Source: Gammaproteobacteria bacterium
Lineage (GTDB): Bacteria > Pseudomonadota > Gammaproteobacteria > Francisellales > CACEW01
DNA: 64,000 nt
Assembly: GCA_965662575.1 (NCBI GenBank)
Contig: CBFIHN010000001.1
Location: 26,852 to 90,851 of the forward strand
Reading direction: 5' to 3'
Position numbers and translations under genes: made by a program. A model generated the notes under the pieces. That model did not search any database. It saw only the letters and a program-made list of their open reading frames with translations, and was not told the DNA's origin. This document shows positions 10,682 through 20,380 of the stretch, piece by piece. Position 1 is the stretch's first letter; each line of letters opens with the position of its first letter.

Positions 10682-11554
10682 CTATGCTTTAAAATACTTC
10701 AAAAACGGATTGTTTGCCTGGATCACCAAGGTATTCCCTGTGTGGCTAAATACCTGCTGATAAGCCAATAGGCTACGATAAAATTCATAGAATTGTGGAT
10801 CTTGACGATAAGACTTGGCATAAATTGCTGCCGCTTGCGCTTGGCCCTGGGCTTGAATTTTTAATGCTTGGCTTTTTGCATCAGCTAACAATACCGTGAC
10901 ATCAGCATCGGCTTTTGCGCGGATTTGCTCAGAGGCCTCACGCCCTTCTGAACGCAATAAGGACGCTTCTTTTTCACGCTCTGAGCGCATGCGTTTATAA
11001 ATCGACGCACTGACACTATCAGGCAGGTCAATCCGGTTAATCCGCACATCGATCACTCTAATGCCCAGTGATTTAGCAACTTCTGACGTTTTTTCGCTAA
11101 TCAAATTCATGACTTGGTCACGCTTACCAGCAATCAATTCTAAGATTGTCTGTTGTCCAATCTCAGCACGAATCGCATCACTGACCTTTTGTTGCAATAG
11201 ACGATCAACACGCATTGGGTCGGCGCTGGTTGCCTTATAGTATTCAACAATATCGCTAATACGCCATTTGACAAAGGCATCGACAATCACCGATTTTTGC
11301 TCTTTGGTAATAATCTGTGATGATTCCATATCCAAGTTACGCAAACGCATATCAAATCGACTCACCGATGTAATAAATGGAATTTTAAAGTGCAAACCAG
11401 GCTGGTAAATTGCTGGTTTTCCTTCTGCATTGGTTTGAATTTTACCCAACCGCAGGACGATCGCATTTTGTGTTTCTTTGACGGTAAATGCACTGAAATA
11501 AAAAATAATCAGCACAATGAGAACAAGTGCTGAGATAGGCGTAGTCAGCTTCAT
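10682..11554 (-). CDS. hflC: Protease modulator HflC (SPFH/band-7)
   Basis: SPFH-domain protein downstream of hflK. The preferred start is ATG 11554 (MKLTTP...), which overlaps the hflK stop as ATGA and is preceded by GGAGG. The ORF track's longer start (11572) lies inside hflK. Confidence 0.9.
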   Translation of the reverse strand: MKLTTPISALVLIVLIIFYFSAFTVKETQNAIVLRLGKIQTNAEGKPAIYQPGLHFKIPFITSVSRFDMRLRNLDMESSQIITKEQKSVIVDAFVKWRISDIVEYYKATSADPMRVDRLLQQKVSDAIRAEIGQQTILELIAGKRDQVMNLISEKTSEVAKSLGIRVIDVRINRIDLPDSVSASIYKRMRSEREKEASLLRSEGREASEQIRAKADADVTVLLADAKSQALKIQAQGQAQAAAIYAKSYRQDPQFYEFYRSLLAYQQVFSHTGNTLVIQANNPFLKYFKA

Positions 11555-12741
11555 GATTGTGCCTCCTGCCAACGTAAGTAGTTAGCGATTTTATTGACTG
11601 TTTGATTTGCTTGAGCCTTTGCCGATTCCGCCAGAGGTGCTTCAACATCTGCCTTTGTTTGATTTTGCGTATGGGTTACCACTGGCTTCACTGGCTGTGT
11701 TGCCATGGTATTGCCCTGCGAGGCCAATGGCAGATAAAAAATATTATTTTTATTGTTGCCATCCATAAACACCAAATGGCTGTGTGAGTAGACATCACTC
11801 ATCGCATCTAAATACATCCGTGTTTTCATAATCTGTGGATCTTTTTGATATTTCTCTAGCAGTGCATCAAACTCAGCGACTTGCCCCTTTGCCTGCAATA
11901 CCACTTGTTCTGCCTTGGCTTTCGCTTGCTGCAAAATACGAGAGGCTTTACCTTTCGCAACCGGCACCACTTGGTTTGCATAACTCACTGCTTGGTTTTT
12001 ATAGCGGTTTTGGTCATTTCGCGCATCGATAACATCATCAAATGCACTTTTCACTTGTTGCGGCGGTGTCGCTGATTGCATCGTGACATCGTTAATCACC
12101 AAACCTGTCTTATACCGCCCTAATAATTTAACCACTTCTTGGCGCACTTGTTCAGTGACTTCCGTACGCTTGTCGGTAATCACCTCATCAATCGTTGAGC
12201 GACCAATCACCTGGCGCACGGCACTGTCCATCACCTTTTGTAATGTCCCTTCGGGGTTGACCACATTAAACAAGTAATCTTTTAAATCACCGATCTTATA
12301 TTGCACCACAAACGACAAATCAACCACATTCTCTTTGCTAGTTAGCATCAGAGCATTCAGCGGTAATGACATAATACGATCAACATTTTGCACATCGACG
12401 CTATCCACAAAACGGGGATACCAGTGCATCCCCGCTAATGTCGTTTGATGATAAGCACCAAAACGCAACACCACGCCACGCTCAGCAGGCTTGACGATAT
12501 AAATACCGGACAACGCCCAAATGATGGCCAGAATCACAAGCACACCCACAATCAAACCTAGGCCAACACCCTTACCTGGCACATCAGATTGACCGCCTGT
12601 TGGTGGTGTTTGTTGATTACCCTGATGACCAAATAGACCACCGAACCATTTTTTAAATAATTGATCTAAATCGGGTGGCCCATCGGGGTCTTTACGTTGA
12701 TTTTGATTACGCCATGCTTTGGCACGTAAGGCTGATCGCAT
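11551..12741 (-). CDS. hflK: Protease modulator HflK (SPFH/band-7)
   Basis: 396 aa. Gly/Pro-rich N-terminus, one TM segment, an SPFH domain and a Q/A-rich coiled tail. It lies in hflX-hflK-hflC order. Confidence 0.9.
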   Translation of the reverse strand: MRSALRAKAWRNQNQRKDPDGPPDLDQLFKKWFGGLFGHQGNQQTPPTGGQSDVPGKGVGLGLIVGVLVILAIIWALSGIYIVKPAERGVVLRFGAYHQTTLAGMHWYPRFVDSVDVQNVDRIMSLPLNALMLTSKENVVDLSFVVQYKIGDLKDYLFNVVNPEGTLQKVMDSAVRQVIGRSTIDEVITDKRTEVTEQVRQEVVKLLGRYKTGLVINDVTMQSATPPQQVKSAFDDVIDARNDQNRYKNQAVSYANQVVPVAKGKASRILQQAKAKAEQVVLQAKGQVAEFDALLEKYQKDPQIMKTRMYLDAMSDVYSHSHLVFMDGNNKNNIFYLPLASQGNTMATQPVKPVVTHTQNQTKADVEAPLAESAKAQANQTVNKIANYLRWQEAQS

Positions 12742-12788
12742 TGTATTTCCTTTTCAGTATCCTCGGGTATTAAGATGCCCGTGGCAAG

Positions 12789-14102
12789 CTACGGGGTATA
12801 ACCGGTAATAAAAACTTGGTTAATATCTAAATGTGCCTCACGACACAGTGACTCTAATTCTTGATAGGCCAGTCGAACCTCTAACTGCCATTGACCATCA
12901 TCAGTTACCACTTCTGACTCAACACACTTGTCTGCAAATAGTTGCGCGCGCAACTTAGCGTGAGTCATCGGTAAAATCAAGGTCCCAACAGCAATGGAGT
13001 CACTTAAGTATTCTGCTAAAGTTTGCTCAAGCAAGTCAAGCCCAGCACCGGTTTTTGCAGACAGATAGACTCGAGAAATTTGATTATTATCCCGTCGTTG
13101 CAAACGTGGCTCTCGCTCTGGAAGCACATCAATTTTATTAAATACTTCGACTAAAGGACTTTGATCAACGTCAAGCTCTTGCAAGACCTCATTCACTGCC
13201 ACAACCAACTGATGACGCTCTGGATCACTGGCATCGACGACATGAAGCAATAAGTCTGCCTCAACGGTTTCTTCCAAGGTCGCGCGAAACGCGGCAACTA
13301 AATCATGGGGCAAATCACGAATAAAACCCACTGTATCAACTAGAACGACGGAGCCAAATTGCGGCACATGGTGCTGACGCAACGTCGGATCTAATGTCGC
13401 AAAAAGACGATCATCAGAATAAATATTCTCCCCAGTTAACTGATTGAATAAATGTGATTTCCCCGCATTGGTGTAGCCAACTAAAGCGACGGTTGGCGTT
13501 TGTGAGCGCTGACGCGCCTGGCGGCTCAATTGCCGATGCGTACGAACTTTTTCTAAGCGCTTTTGAATTTGTTTAATACGCTCACGCAACATCCGCTTAT
13601 CCAACTCAAGCTGTGTTTCACCAGGGCCAGTCAAACCAATGCCGCCTCCACGTTGGCGCTCTAGATGTGTCCACCCCCGCACCAAACGCGTTGACATATA
13701 TTTCAGCTGTGCGAGCTCAACTTGCAATTTACCTTCATGGGTTTGCGCCCGTTTGGCAAAAATATCTAGAATTAAACCAGAACGGTCGAGCACCCGAGAC
13801 TTCACTGCTCGTTCGACGTTACGTTCTTGCGCAGGAGTCAGGCTATGGTTAAAAATCACCAAATCAATTTGGTGTAACTGAACTAAATCAGCCAATGCTG
13901 CTGTTTTGCCCGAACCAATATAAAATTTCGCATGTGGACGATCTAAGCGCGCTGTCAAAATATCAACAACCTCAGCACCCGCACTCAGAGCCAACTCTTG
14001 TAGTTCGGGCAAGGATGTCTGCCATTCGGGATTAGTGAAATTGACATGAACAAGTAATGCGCGTTCTTTTTTATCAGTTCGTGTTTCAATTAAATTCGAC
14101 AA
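12789..14102 (-). CDS. hflX: GTPase HflX
   Basis: 437 aa. HflX N-domain followed by a G-domain (G1 GYTNAGKS, DTVGF, NKID). The only in-frame start near the N-terminus is TTG at 14102. Confidence 0.9.
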   Translation of the reverse strand: MSNLIETRTDKKERALLVHVNFTNPEWQTSLPELQELALSAGAEVVDILTARLDRPHAKFYIGSGKTAALADLVQLHQIDLVIFNHSLTPAQERNVERAVKSRVLDRSGLILDIFAKRAQTHEGKLQVELAQLKYMSTRLVRGWTHLERQRGGGIGLTGPGETQLELDKRMLRERIKQIQKRLEKVRTHRQLSRQARQRSQTPTVALVGYTNAGKSHLFNQLTGENIYSDDRLFATLDPTLRQHHVPQFGSVVLVDTVGFIRDLPHDLVAAFRATLEETVEADLLLHVVDASDPERHQLVVAVNEVLQELDVDQSPLVEVFNKIDVLPEREPRLQRRDNNQISRVYLSAKTGAGLDLLEQTLAEYLSDSIAVGTLILPMTHAKLRAQLFADKCVESEVVTDDGQWQLEVRLAYQELESLCREAHLDINQVFITGYTP

Positions 14103-14118
14103 GGATAGAACAGCTAAA

Positions 14119-15054
14119 TTATAAAGATCTCAGTGTATCAGGGCACCATGTTTTTACCAAGCTTTTACCTGTCATTTCACTAACCTCTAAACACACAACC
14201 CCTGGCCAAGAGCGAATCCAGGTCAATTGCCGTTTCGCCAGTTGTCGGGTCGCAACAATTGCTTTTTCAATTGCCTGCTCTAAAGTGAACTCTCCCTCAA
14301 GGTGTTGCCATAACTGACGATAACCGACACTGCGAATGGCTGGCAAGGATAAATCTAAATCACCACGATGATATAGCGCTCTCACCTCATCCAAAAATCC
14401 TGCTTGCAGCATTAACTCGAAGCGCTTAGCAATCTGCTGATGCAGCCATGTGCGGTCCTGAGGTACCAAGGCAAAAACCTTCACGTCATAGGGGCAGCGT
14501 TGCTGCGTTTGCCGCCACAACTCACTGCGTGTTTTGCCTGTCAGCTGATAAATTTCTAACGCGCGCTGAATACGCTGACTATCAGTCGGCTTAATCTGAC
14601 TGGCAGCCTGTGAATCAACCATTGCTAACTGCCGATGCATCACCGGCCAACCAAGCACTTCAGCTTGCTGACTAATTTTTGCACGCAATGTGTCATCGGC
14701 TTCTGGCAGCTTAGATAAACCAAATTGCAGCGCACGAAAATAAAGCATGGTACCACCAACTAACAACGGCATTTTGCCACGCTGATCAATGTCATCAATG
14801 ATTGGTTTGACATCAAGACAGAACTGCGCAGCGGAATAAGGTTCCGTCGGATCACATAGATCGATTAAATGCTGTGGTGTTTTTGCTAATTCTTCTGCTG
14901 AGGGTTTTGCTGTCCCAATGTTCAAACCACGATAGACCATTGCCGAATCGACACTAATAATTTCATAAGGGTATCGCTCAGCTAATTGTATCGCCAAGTT
15001 GGTTTTGCCAATCGCCGTTGGTCCAAGCAAAAAAGCAATCTGAGTTTTGTTCAC
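14119..15054 (-). CDS. miaA: tRNA dimethylallyltransferase
   Basis: 311 aa. P-loop GPTAIGKT and a MiaA-collinear sequence (SVDSAMVYRGLNIGTAKP). Lies 16 nt upstream of hflX. Confidence 0.95.
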   Translation of the reverse strand: MNKTQIAFLLGPTAIGKTNLAIQLAERYPYEIISVDSAMVYRGLNIGTAKPSAEELAKTPQHLIDLCDPTEPYSAAQFCLDVKPIIDDIDQRGKMPLLVGGTMLYFRALQFGLSKLPEADDTLRAKISQQAEVLGWPVMHRQLAMVDSQAASQIKPTDSQRIQRALEIYQLTGKTRSELWRQTQQRCPYDVKVFALVPQDRTWLHQQIAKRFELMLQAGFLDEVRALYHRGDLDLSLPAIRSVGYRQLWQHLEGEFTLEQAIEKAIVATRQLAKRQLTWIRSWPGVVCLEVSEMTGKSLVKTWCPDTLRSL

Positions 15055-15057
15055 GTT

Positions 15058-15876
15058 TTAATAGCTGCAACTATAATGTAATGTGCCATTGTAAACACCG
15101 CCATCATGACCACTAGATAAAGTTGCACTACTGACACCAACATAAACATCACACTGGCCACTGCTATTAAGCAGGCAACTATTATTTGCATCTAATGTTG
15201 CATTGATAGTCCCTGACTCAGGAGCATTATTGAGAATAACTGCACCAGGGAACGTCAATGAAATGGTCCTACCTGGCTCACCAGTCACCTGAATTTCTCC
15301 ACGTTGCGCGTTACTTAAGGTGGACACGTTAGCGAGGGGAGTGACCAAACTTGTACTCTTATTCAAACTGAATATTGCTGGACTCGTTGAATCATCTGCA
15401 GCTAAGGTCCCAAAATCTAGTGTAGCAATTGTCGTACAACTCAATTCTGCTGGCAGGTATTGCTTGCGCTTATTGTTTTTATCTCCAGCTTTTGAGGTCG
15501 ATTTAACACCTATCTCCACCTCGGCATTTACTGGTATATCTGGGGCACTATTTGGCCAAGTAATGGTGATAGATCGCGAGCTACTATTTTTTGTATAACT
15601 AGAGGCATAAACTGGACCAACACCATTAACTGAGATTTTCAAATCAGCCTGCGTGCTCACTGTCAGTTTATTCCAATTTTTCTTGGAATAGTTTAAATAG
15701 GTTTGCCCACCACTATAGCTTCGCGCAACACCACACTCATTCTGAAACTTATAAATTGTAAACCCCTGTTTATAACGCTTGTTTTGGAGTTGCAAACAGC
15801 TAACATCTTCTAACGCATACGCAGGCAGACTGAAAAAAGCCAGGAATGCCAAAATGACTAAGACTTGTTTTTGCAT
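15058..15876 (-). CDS. Secreted two-domain hypothetical protein (C-terminal DUF4402/fimbrial-like beta-sandwich suspected)
   Basis: Best start is MQKQVLVILAFLAFFSLPAYA|LE, a clear Sec signal peptide. The C-terminal ~125 aa (LDFGTL...GEIQVTGEPGRTISLTF...GVYNGTLHYSCSY) resembles small pilin-like DUF4402 proteins, judged from memory. The stop lies 3 nt before the miaA start. Confidence 0.5.
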   Translation of the reverse strand: MQKQVLVILAFLAFFSLPAYALEDVSCLQLQNKRYKQGFTIYKFQNECGVARSYSGGQTYLNYSKKNWNKLTVSTQADLKISVNGVGPVYASSYTKNSSSRSITITWPNSAPDIPVNAEVEIGVKSTSKAGDKNNKRKQYLPAELSCTTIATLDFGTLAADDSTSPAIFSLNKSTSLVTPLANVSTLSNAQRGEIQVTGEPGRTISLTFPGAVILNNAPESGTINATLDANNSCLLNSSGQCDVYVGVSSATLSSGHDGGVYNGTLHYSCSY

Positions 15877-15945
15877 AATAAACTCATGGCATGATATCCC
15901 AAAGTATAGACAAACAAACAAACCTGTCGCAAGCCGCGGGGTATT

Positions 15946-17763
15946 TCATCCGATAAACTCCGGAACCAGCTGCTTAATTTTCTGCCGAAGTGCTGCATCA
16001 CCGACGACTGAAAACAGCATTTGTAACTCTTGATCAAATGCTACAAAATCAACCTGCTTTTTATTGGCAATAAGAATTTTTGCTTGCTCAGTTTTGGTTA
16101 ATGGCTCTTTGGCATAAAATAATTCTTCATATAATTTTTCACCTGGACGCAACCCAACATACTGAATATCAACTTCTTCATACGGTTTTTTGCCTGATAA
16201 GGTAATGAGCTGCTCAGCAAGATATTTAATCTTAACTGGCTCACCCATATCTAACACAAAAATTTCTCCCCCTTGACCCATGGAACCAGCCTGTAAAATC
16301 AATTGGCAAGCTTCAGGAATAGTCATAAAGAAACGTTCAATATCAGGGTGCGTCAAGGTGAGCGGACCACCCTTTTTCAACTGCTGTTTAAATAAGGGAA
16401 CAACACTACCCGCCGAGCCCAACACGTTACCAAAACGCACGGTAACATATTGGGTTGTTGACTGTTCATTGAGATTCTGACAGTAAACCTCAGCAATACG
16501 CTTTGATGCGCCCATAATATTGGCTGGATTTACAGCTTTGTCGGTAGATACTAAAACAAACTTCTCGACGCTAAACTGATCAGCAAGTTTGGCTATAACT
16601 TGCGTACCATGCACATTATTAAGCACTGCCTGTTCAGGTTGATACTCCAATAACGGCACATGCTTATACGCTGCGGCATGGAAAATCACTTGTGGTTGAT
16701 AGCGCTGCATCAGTTCAACCATTATCTTTTCATTCGCAATTGAAGCTAAACGAAAGTCTAATGAACGATGTGAACCCTGTAATTGTTGCTCAATTTGATA
16801 GAGGTTAAACTCACTATGATCCACCACAATCAATTGCTGCGGCATCGATAAATTTAAAATCTGTCGGCATAACTCTGAGCCAATTGAACCGCCACCACCG
16901 GTTACCATAACGACTTTATGATCTAGAAAGGATTTCATGAGTTGATGATCTAACTGCACCGGATCACGACCTAACAAATCCGCTAATGAAACTTCTTTGA
17001 TTTCTGATGCAGAAACTCGCCCAGAATTTAAATCACTTAAGCTCGGCAAAACTTTAAGTTCTACTGATAAATCTTTGCACTCAGTAACGAGCTCTTGCAT
17101 TTTTTTGGCTGACAGCGAGGGAATTGCGATCACGATCAGCTCGATATGAAAACGATTGATAGTGGACTTAAGCTCCTTCAGCAAACCGACAATTTTGACG
17201 CCACGAATCTTACGCCCTTTCAATGATTTGCTATCATCTAAAATACCAACACACTGATAAGGCTTAGTGCGCAGATGATCAATATCACGCAAGAATAAAT
17301 CCGCACCGCGACCACCGCCAATAATTAAAGTTCTCTTTTGCTCACTCTGCCCTCGCAGTATTCGCCCACGAATTCGCCAATAACGCACAAATGCTCGTGA
17401 TCCCACCATCAAAATTAATAAAAAAATGGGGTATAAGACAAAAATGGATCGTGGGACATGATTCAGCTTTTGTAATAAAAACAATAATGCCGCTAGTACC
17501 AAGGTTGCAATAATAATACTTTTGACCATCGAAAAAACTTCTAAGATCGAGGTAAAACGCCACACCTGACGGTCAATGCCATAAAATTTAAATACCACAG
17601 CATTGACTAGTAGCACCCAAGGGATTAAATCAAACGCACCATGCCACGCGGTATGTTCAAAGTTAAAACGCACATAATAGGCCAGCAGCCAGCTGGCTAG
17701 CACTAAAACTAGGTCATAAAAAAATACAGCCCAACTGGAAAGGTTTGATAAATTTTTGCGCAT
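15946..17763 (-). CDS. Membrane-anchored nucleotide-sugar 4,6-dehydratase (CapD/PglF/WbpM family)
   Basis: 605 aa. Four N-terminal TM helices, then two Rossmann-type regions (IIGGGRGA and VTGGGGSIGSEL) and the C-terminal dehydratase core. Confidence 0.85.
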   Translation of the reverse strand: MRKNLSNLSSWAVFFYDLVLVLASWLLAYYVRFNFEHTAWHGAFDLIPWVLLVNAVVFKFYGIDRQVWRFTSILEVFSMVKSIIIATLVLAALLFLLQKLNHVPRSIFVLYPIFLLILMVGSRAFVRYWRIRGRILRGQSEQKRTLIIGGGRGADLFLRDIDHLRTKPYQCVGILDDSKSLKGRKIRGVKIVGLLKELKSTINRFHIELIVIAIPSLSAKKMQELVTECKDLSVELKVLPSLSDLNSGRVSASEIKEVSLADLLGRDPVQLDHQLMKSFLDHKVVMVTGGGGSIGSELCRQILNLSMPQQLIVVDHSEFNLYQIEQQLQGSHRSLDFRLASIANEKIMVELMQRYQPQVIFHAAAYKHVPLLEYQPEQAVLNNVHGTQVIAKLADQFSVEKFVLVSTDKAVNPANIMGASKRIAEVYCQNLNEQSTTQYVTVRFGNVLGSAGSVVPLFKQQLKKGGPLTLTHPDIERFFMTIPEACQLILQAGSMGQGGEIFVLDMGEPVKIKYLAEQLITLSGKKPYEEVDIQYVGLRPGEKLYEELFYAKEPLTKTEQAKILIANKKQVDFVAFDQELQMLFSVVGDAALRQKIKQLVPEFIG

Positions 17764-17868
17764 GCCGTGCTTTAAGCTATTTTTTTAATTGGGGTGATTT
17801 TACCTTGATATGCTCATTCTAGAAACTAGCTGCATGAGCTAACTCCGAAAAATCAGCGGCAAGCTTAT

Positions 17869-19191
17869 CTATAACAAGTCCACCAACCGCTCCAACTCTC
17901 CGATAAGATACAGCGGCAAACTTAATAGGCCATCCTCATACTTGAAAACATCTGAGGAAATTTTAACACCTAGCGACTGCTTTTTTTCAGCAAGAAAAAC
18001 CTGCAATGATTTCAAACGACCACCGGCGCCAGACTTAACCTCTATGGGCACAATTTGATTGCCAATATGAATAACATAGTCAACTTCAGCACTGGCATTT
18101 TTTTTATCACGAGCCCAAAAACACAACCCTGAGGAGCTATACCAATCTTGATAAGCCAGCAATTCTTGACCAACTAACTGCTCCGCCAATGCACCTTTAT
18201 TGACTAATAATATATCTTGGCTAAGTAATAACTCAGCATCTAAATACGACGCTCGCTTTACTAAACCGACATCCAGGAAAAGCAGCTTAAATTTTTTCTC
18301 ATTGATCAATGCATTAAGTGGCAAGCCGCTGGCTTGCGAGGCATAAGCTGTATGAATAACGCCCGCCTTAACCAATTTTTGCAGCGGAACCTTTAGTTCT
18401 CGAGATTGCACATCACGGCTAATATGCGCGTATTTAAACTGCTGACTCACCAAGCCAGGAACCTTTTGATATATCATTTGTAAATACCTAAGCTCTGAAC
18501 CATTAGCATATTTTGCAAAATCATTTTGATAAGTCGTTAACAGAACGGCTTGAATTTCTTGCGCTTTTTTAAAAGATCGGCTCTGTATGTATTCATCAAT
18601 AACTGCAGGCATACCGCCCAGCACAGCATATTCATGCAATAAGCCCAGCAACTTTTGATGAATCTCAGCATCAAATTTGGTATCCAAATCAACCTTGCTT
18701 AAAAACTCATATAGTTTTTTTGAGTTATTCCAGAGATACTCTTTAAATGACAACGGCTTAACATATAGAAACTGCACGCGTCCAACAGGCATACGAAAGT
18801 TTTCTTGCTCTAGTGCAAACTCTAATAAAGACCCAGCAGCAATCACAAAACTACCAGGCAATTGCTCTTTAAAATAGCGCAAAGCCATAATAGCCTGAGG
18901 GCACTCTTGAATTTCATCCAAAAACAATAGTGTCGAATTGCTATCAATTGATTGATCAGCAAGCAACTCCAGCTTAGTTATAATTTTCCTAGGATCCAGC
19001 GTGTCAAAACAGCTTTTGAACTCCGGCTGCTGTTCAAAATTAATCACCAAATAATTGTCTAGAAATTCTGATTTGGCAAAAGCCTCTACAACATAAGACT
19101 TTCCAACCTGTCTAGCCCCTCGCAACATGAGAGGCAAACGTCGGCCATTCTCTTTCCATTGCTTTAAAGCCTTAAATATAAAACGTTTCAT
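17869..19191 (-). CDS. AAA+ ATPase with C-terminal PD-(D/E)xK-like module (COG1373 / AAA_14+DUF4143 type), copy A
   Basis: 440 aa. Walker A GARQVGKS, Walker B LLFLDEIQ and C-terminal AEVDYVIHIGNQIVPIEVKSG. Confidence 0.7.
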   Translation of the reverse strand: MKRFIFKALKQWKENGRRLPLMLRGARQVGKSYVVEAFAKSEFLDNYLVINFEQQPEFKSCFDTLDPRKIITKLELLADQSIDSNSTLLFLDEIQECPQAIMALRYFKEQLPGSFVIAAGSLLEFALEQENFRMPVGRVQFLYVKPLSFKEYLWNNSKKLYEFLSKVDLDTKFDAEIHQKLLGLLHEYAVLGGMPAVIDEYIQSRSFKKAQEIQAVLLTTYQNDFAKYANGSELRYLQMIYQKVPGLVSQQFKYAHISRDVQSRELKVPLQKLVKAGVIHTAYASQASGLPLNALINEKKFKLLFLDVGLVKRASYLDAELLLSQDILLVNKGALAEQLVGQELLAYQDWYSSSGLCFWARDKKNASAEVDYVIHIGNQIVPIEVKSGAGGRLKSLQVFLAEKKQSLGVKISSDVFKYEDGLLSLPLYLIGELERLVDLL

Positions 19192-19374
19192 GGCATACTA
19201 TTGGCTTATATTTTTACTATATCCTAGCAGTTAACGCAGAAAAAACAAGGATTAAATGAGCAAATCACGCATAAAACACCAGGGGTATTTTGTGCAAAAT
19301 TCACAGAAAAACACTGGCATATGAGCCATATAATCACGTACAATAACCAAGATAGCCATGATAAACTCGCAACT

Positions 19375-20380
19375 ATGAAAAAAAACCATTATCATCACCG
19401 GCGCTAGTGGTTTTGTTGGCCAGGCGCTATGCAAACAACTTGCTCAATCTGGATACCAGATTAAAGCCGTTGCGCGTAGTGAGGATAAGATAAAAAATCT
19501 CACCGATTAATATCCCAATCAGATTTCAGCTGTTATCTGTGAGGACATAGCCAACCCAGAACGACTTGCCGAATATATCGAAAAAAATGATGTTATGATT
19601 CACCTTGCTGCTCGTGTGCATATCCTAAATGATCAAGCCAAAAATCCTAAGGCTGAGTTTGAGCGCATTAATGCTGAAGGCACAAAGAAATTAGCGAAAT
19701 TAGCGAAATTAGCAAAGCAAAAACACGCTAGTCAGTTTGTTTTTATCAGCTCTATTCATGTTAGCGGCCAACAGACTAATGGCATGGCATTTACAGAAGA
19801 ACAGCAAGCGGATCCGCATGGCGCTTACGCCATTAGCAAACACAATGCTGAGCAAGAATTGGCTGATATTTTTAAAGAGAGCGAAACACAGTGGTGTATT
19901 ATTCGTCCACCGTTAGTGTATGGCCCCGGGGTTAAAGGTAATCTTGAAGCCCTCGAAAATATCTTAAAAAAACAAATCCCACTACCTTTTGCCAGCCTTA
20001 ATGCAAAACGCCATTTTGTTTATGTTGGCAACCTCATCTCCGCAATTGAGGCTGTTGTGGAAAAACCCGAGCAAAGCCATCAACAGTTATTTTTAGTGGC
20101 TGATAATGAAAGCTTTGCCACAGATGAACTAATGAAAATAATGGCTACAATTTTGGGTTTAAAAACCAAGATACTGCCGTGCCCAGTGTGGCTATTATCA
20201 TTATTATTTACCTGTCTTGGAAAAAAAGAGCAACTTGATAAGCTCAATGCAGAGCTTTTAGTCAGCAATGAAAAAATTAAACAGATGCTTGATTGGCAGC
20301 CACCTTATACTTTGGAGCAAGGTTTACAAAAAATGTTTAGCCCATTATTTTACTCGCCTGCTGCCAAGGGAGCACCGTAA
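19375..20380 (+). pseudogene. NAD-dependent sugar epimerase/dehydratase (SDR, WbpV/GalE-like), inactivated
   Basis: ATG 19375 is followed by an A8 run (19378-19385) that puts the Rossmann motif TIIITGASGFVGQ out of frame; A7 would restore it. That frame then hits an in-frame TAA at 19508-19510 before continuing into ORF 19595-20380 (catalytic YAISK). This is the only plus-strand gene inside the glycan locus. Its 3' end overlaps ATPase B convergently by 44 nt. Confidence 0.75.
19687..19713. repeat. Perfect 3 x 9-bp tandem repeat (GAAATTAGC) inside the epimerase pseudogene
   Basis: GAAATTAGC GAAATTAGC GAAATTAGC read directly from the sequence. It encodes (LAK)3 in the epimerase frame. Confidence 0.9.

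Noticed and set aside
11442-11648. 68-aa ORF spanning the hflK/hflC junction, and the longer hflC start at 11572
   Set aside because: The ATGA-coupled start at 11554, with an upstream GGAGG, explains the junction. The alternative ORF lies in a different frame of hflK/hflC coding DNA and has no support.
19252-19434. 60-aa minus-strand ORF overlapping the 5' end of the epimerase pseudogene
   Set aside because: It has no homology features. It overlaps the Rossmann-motif coding sequence of the epimerase on the opposite strand and is most likely spurious.
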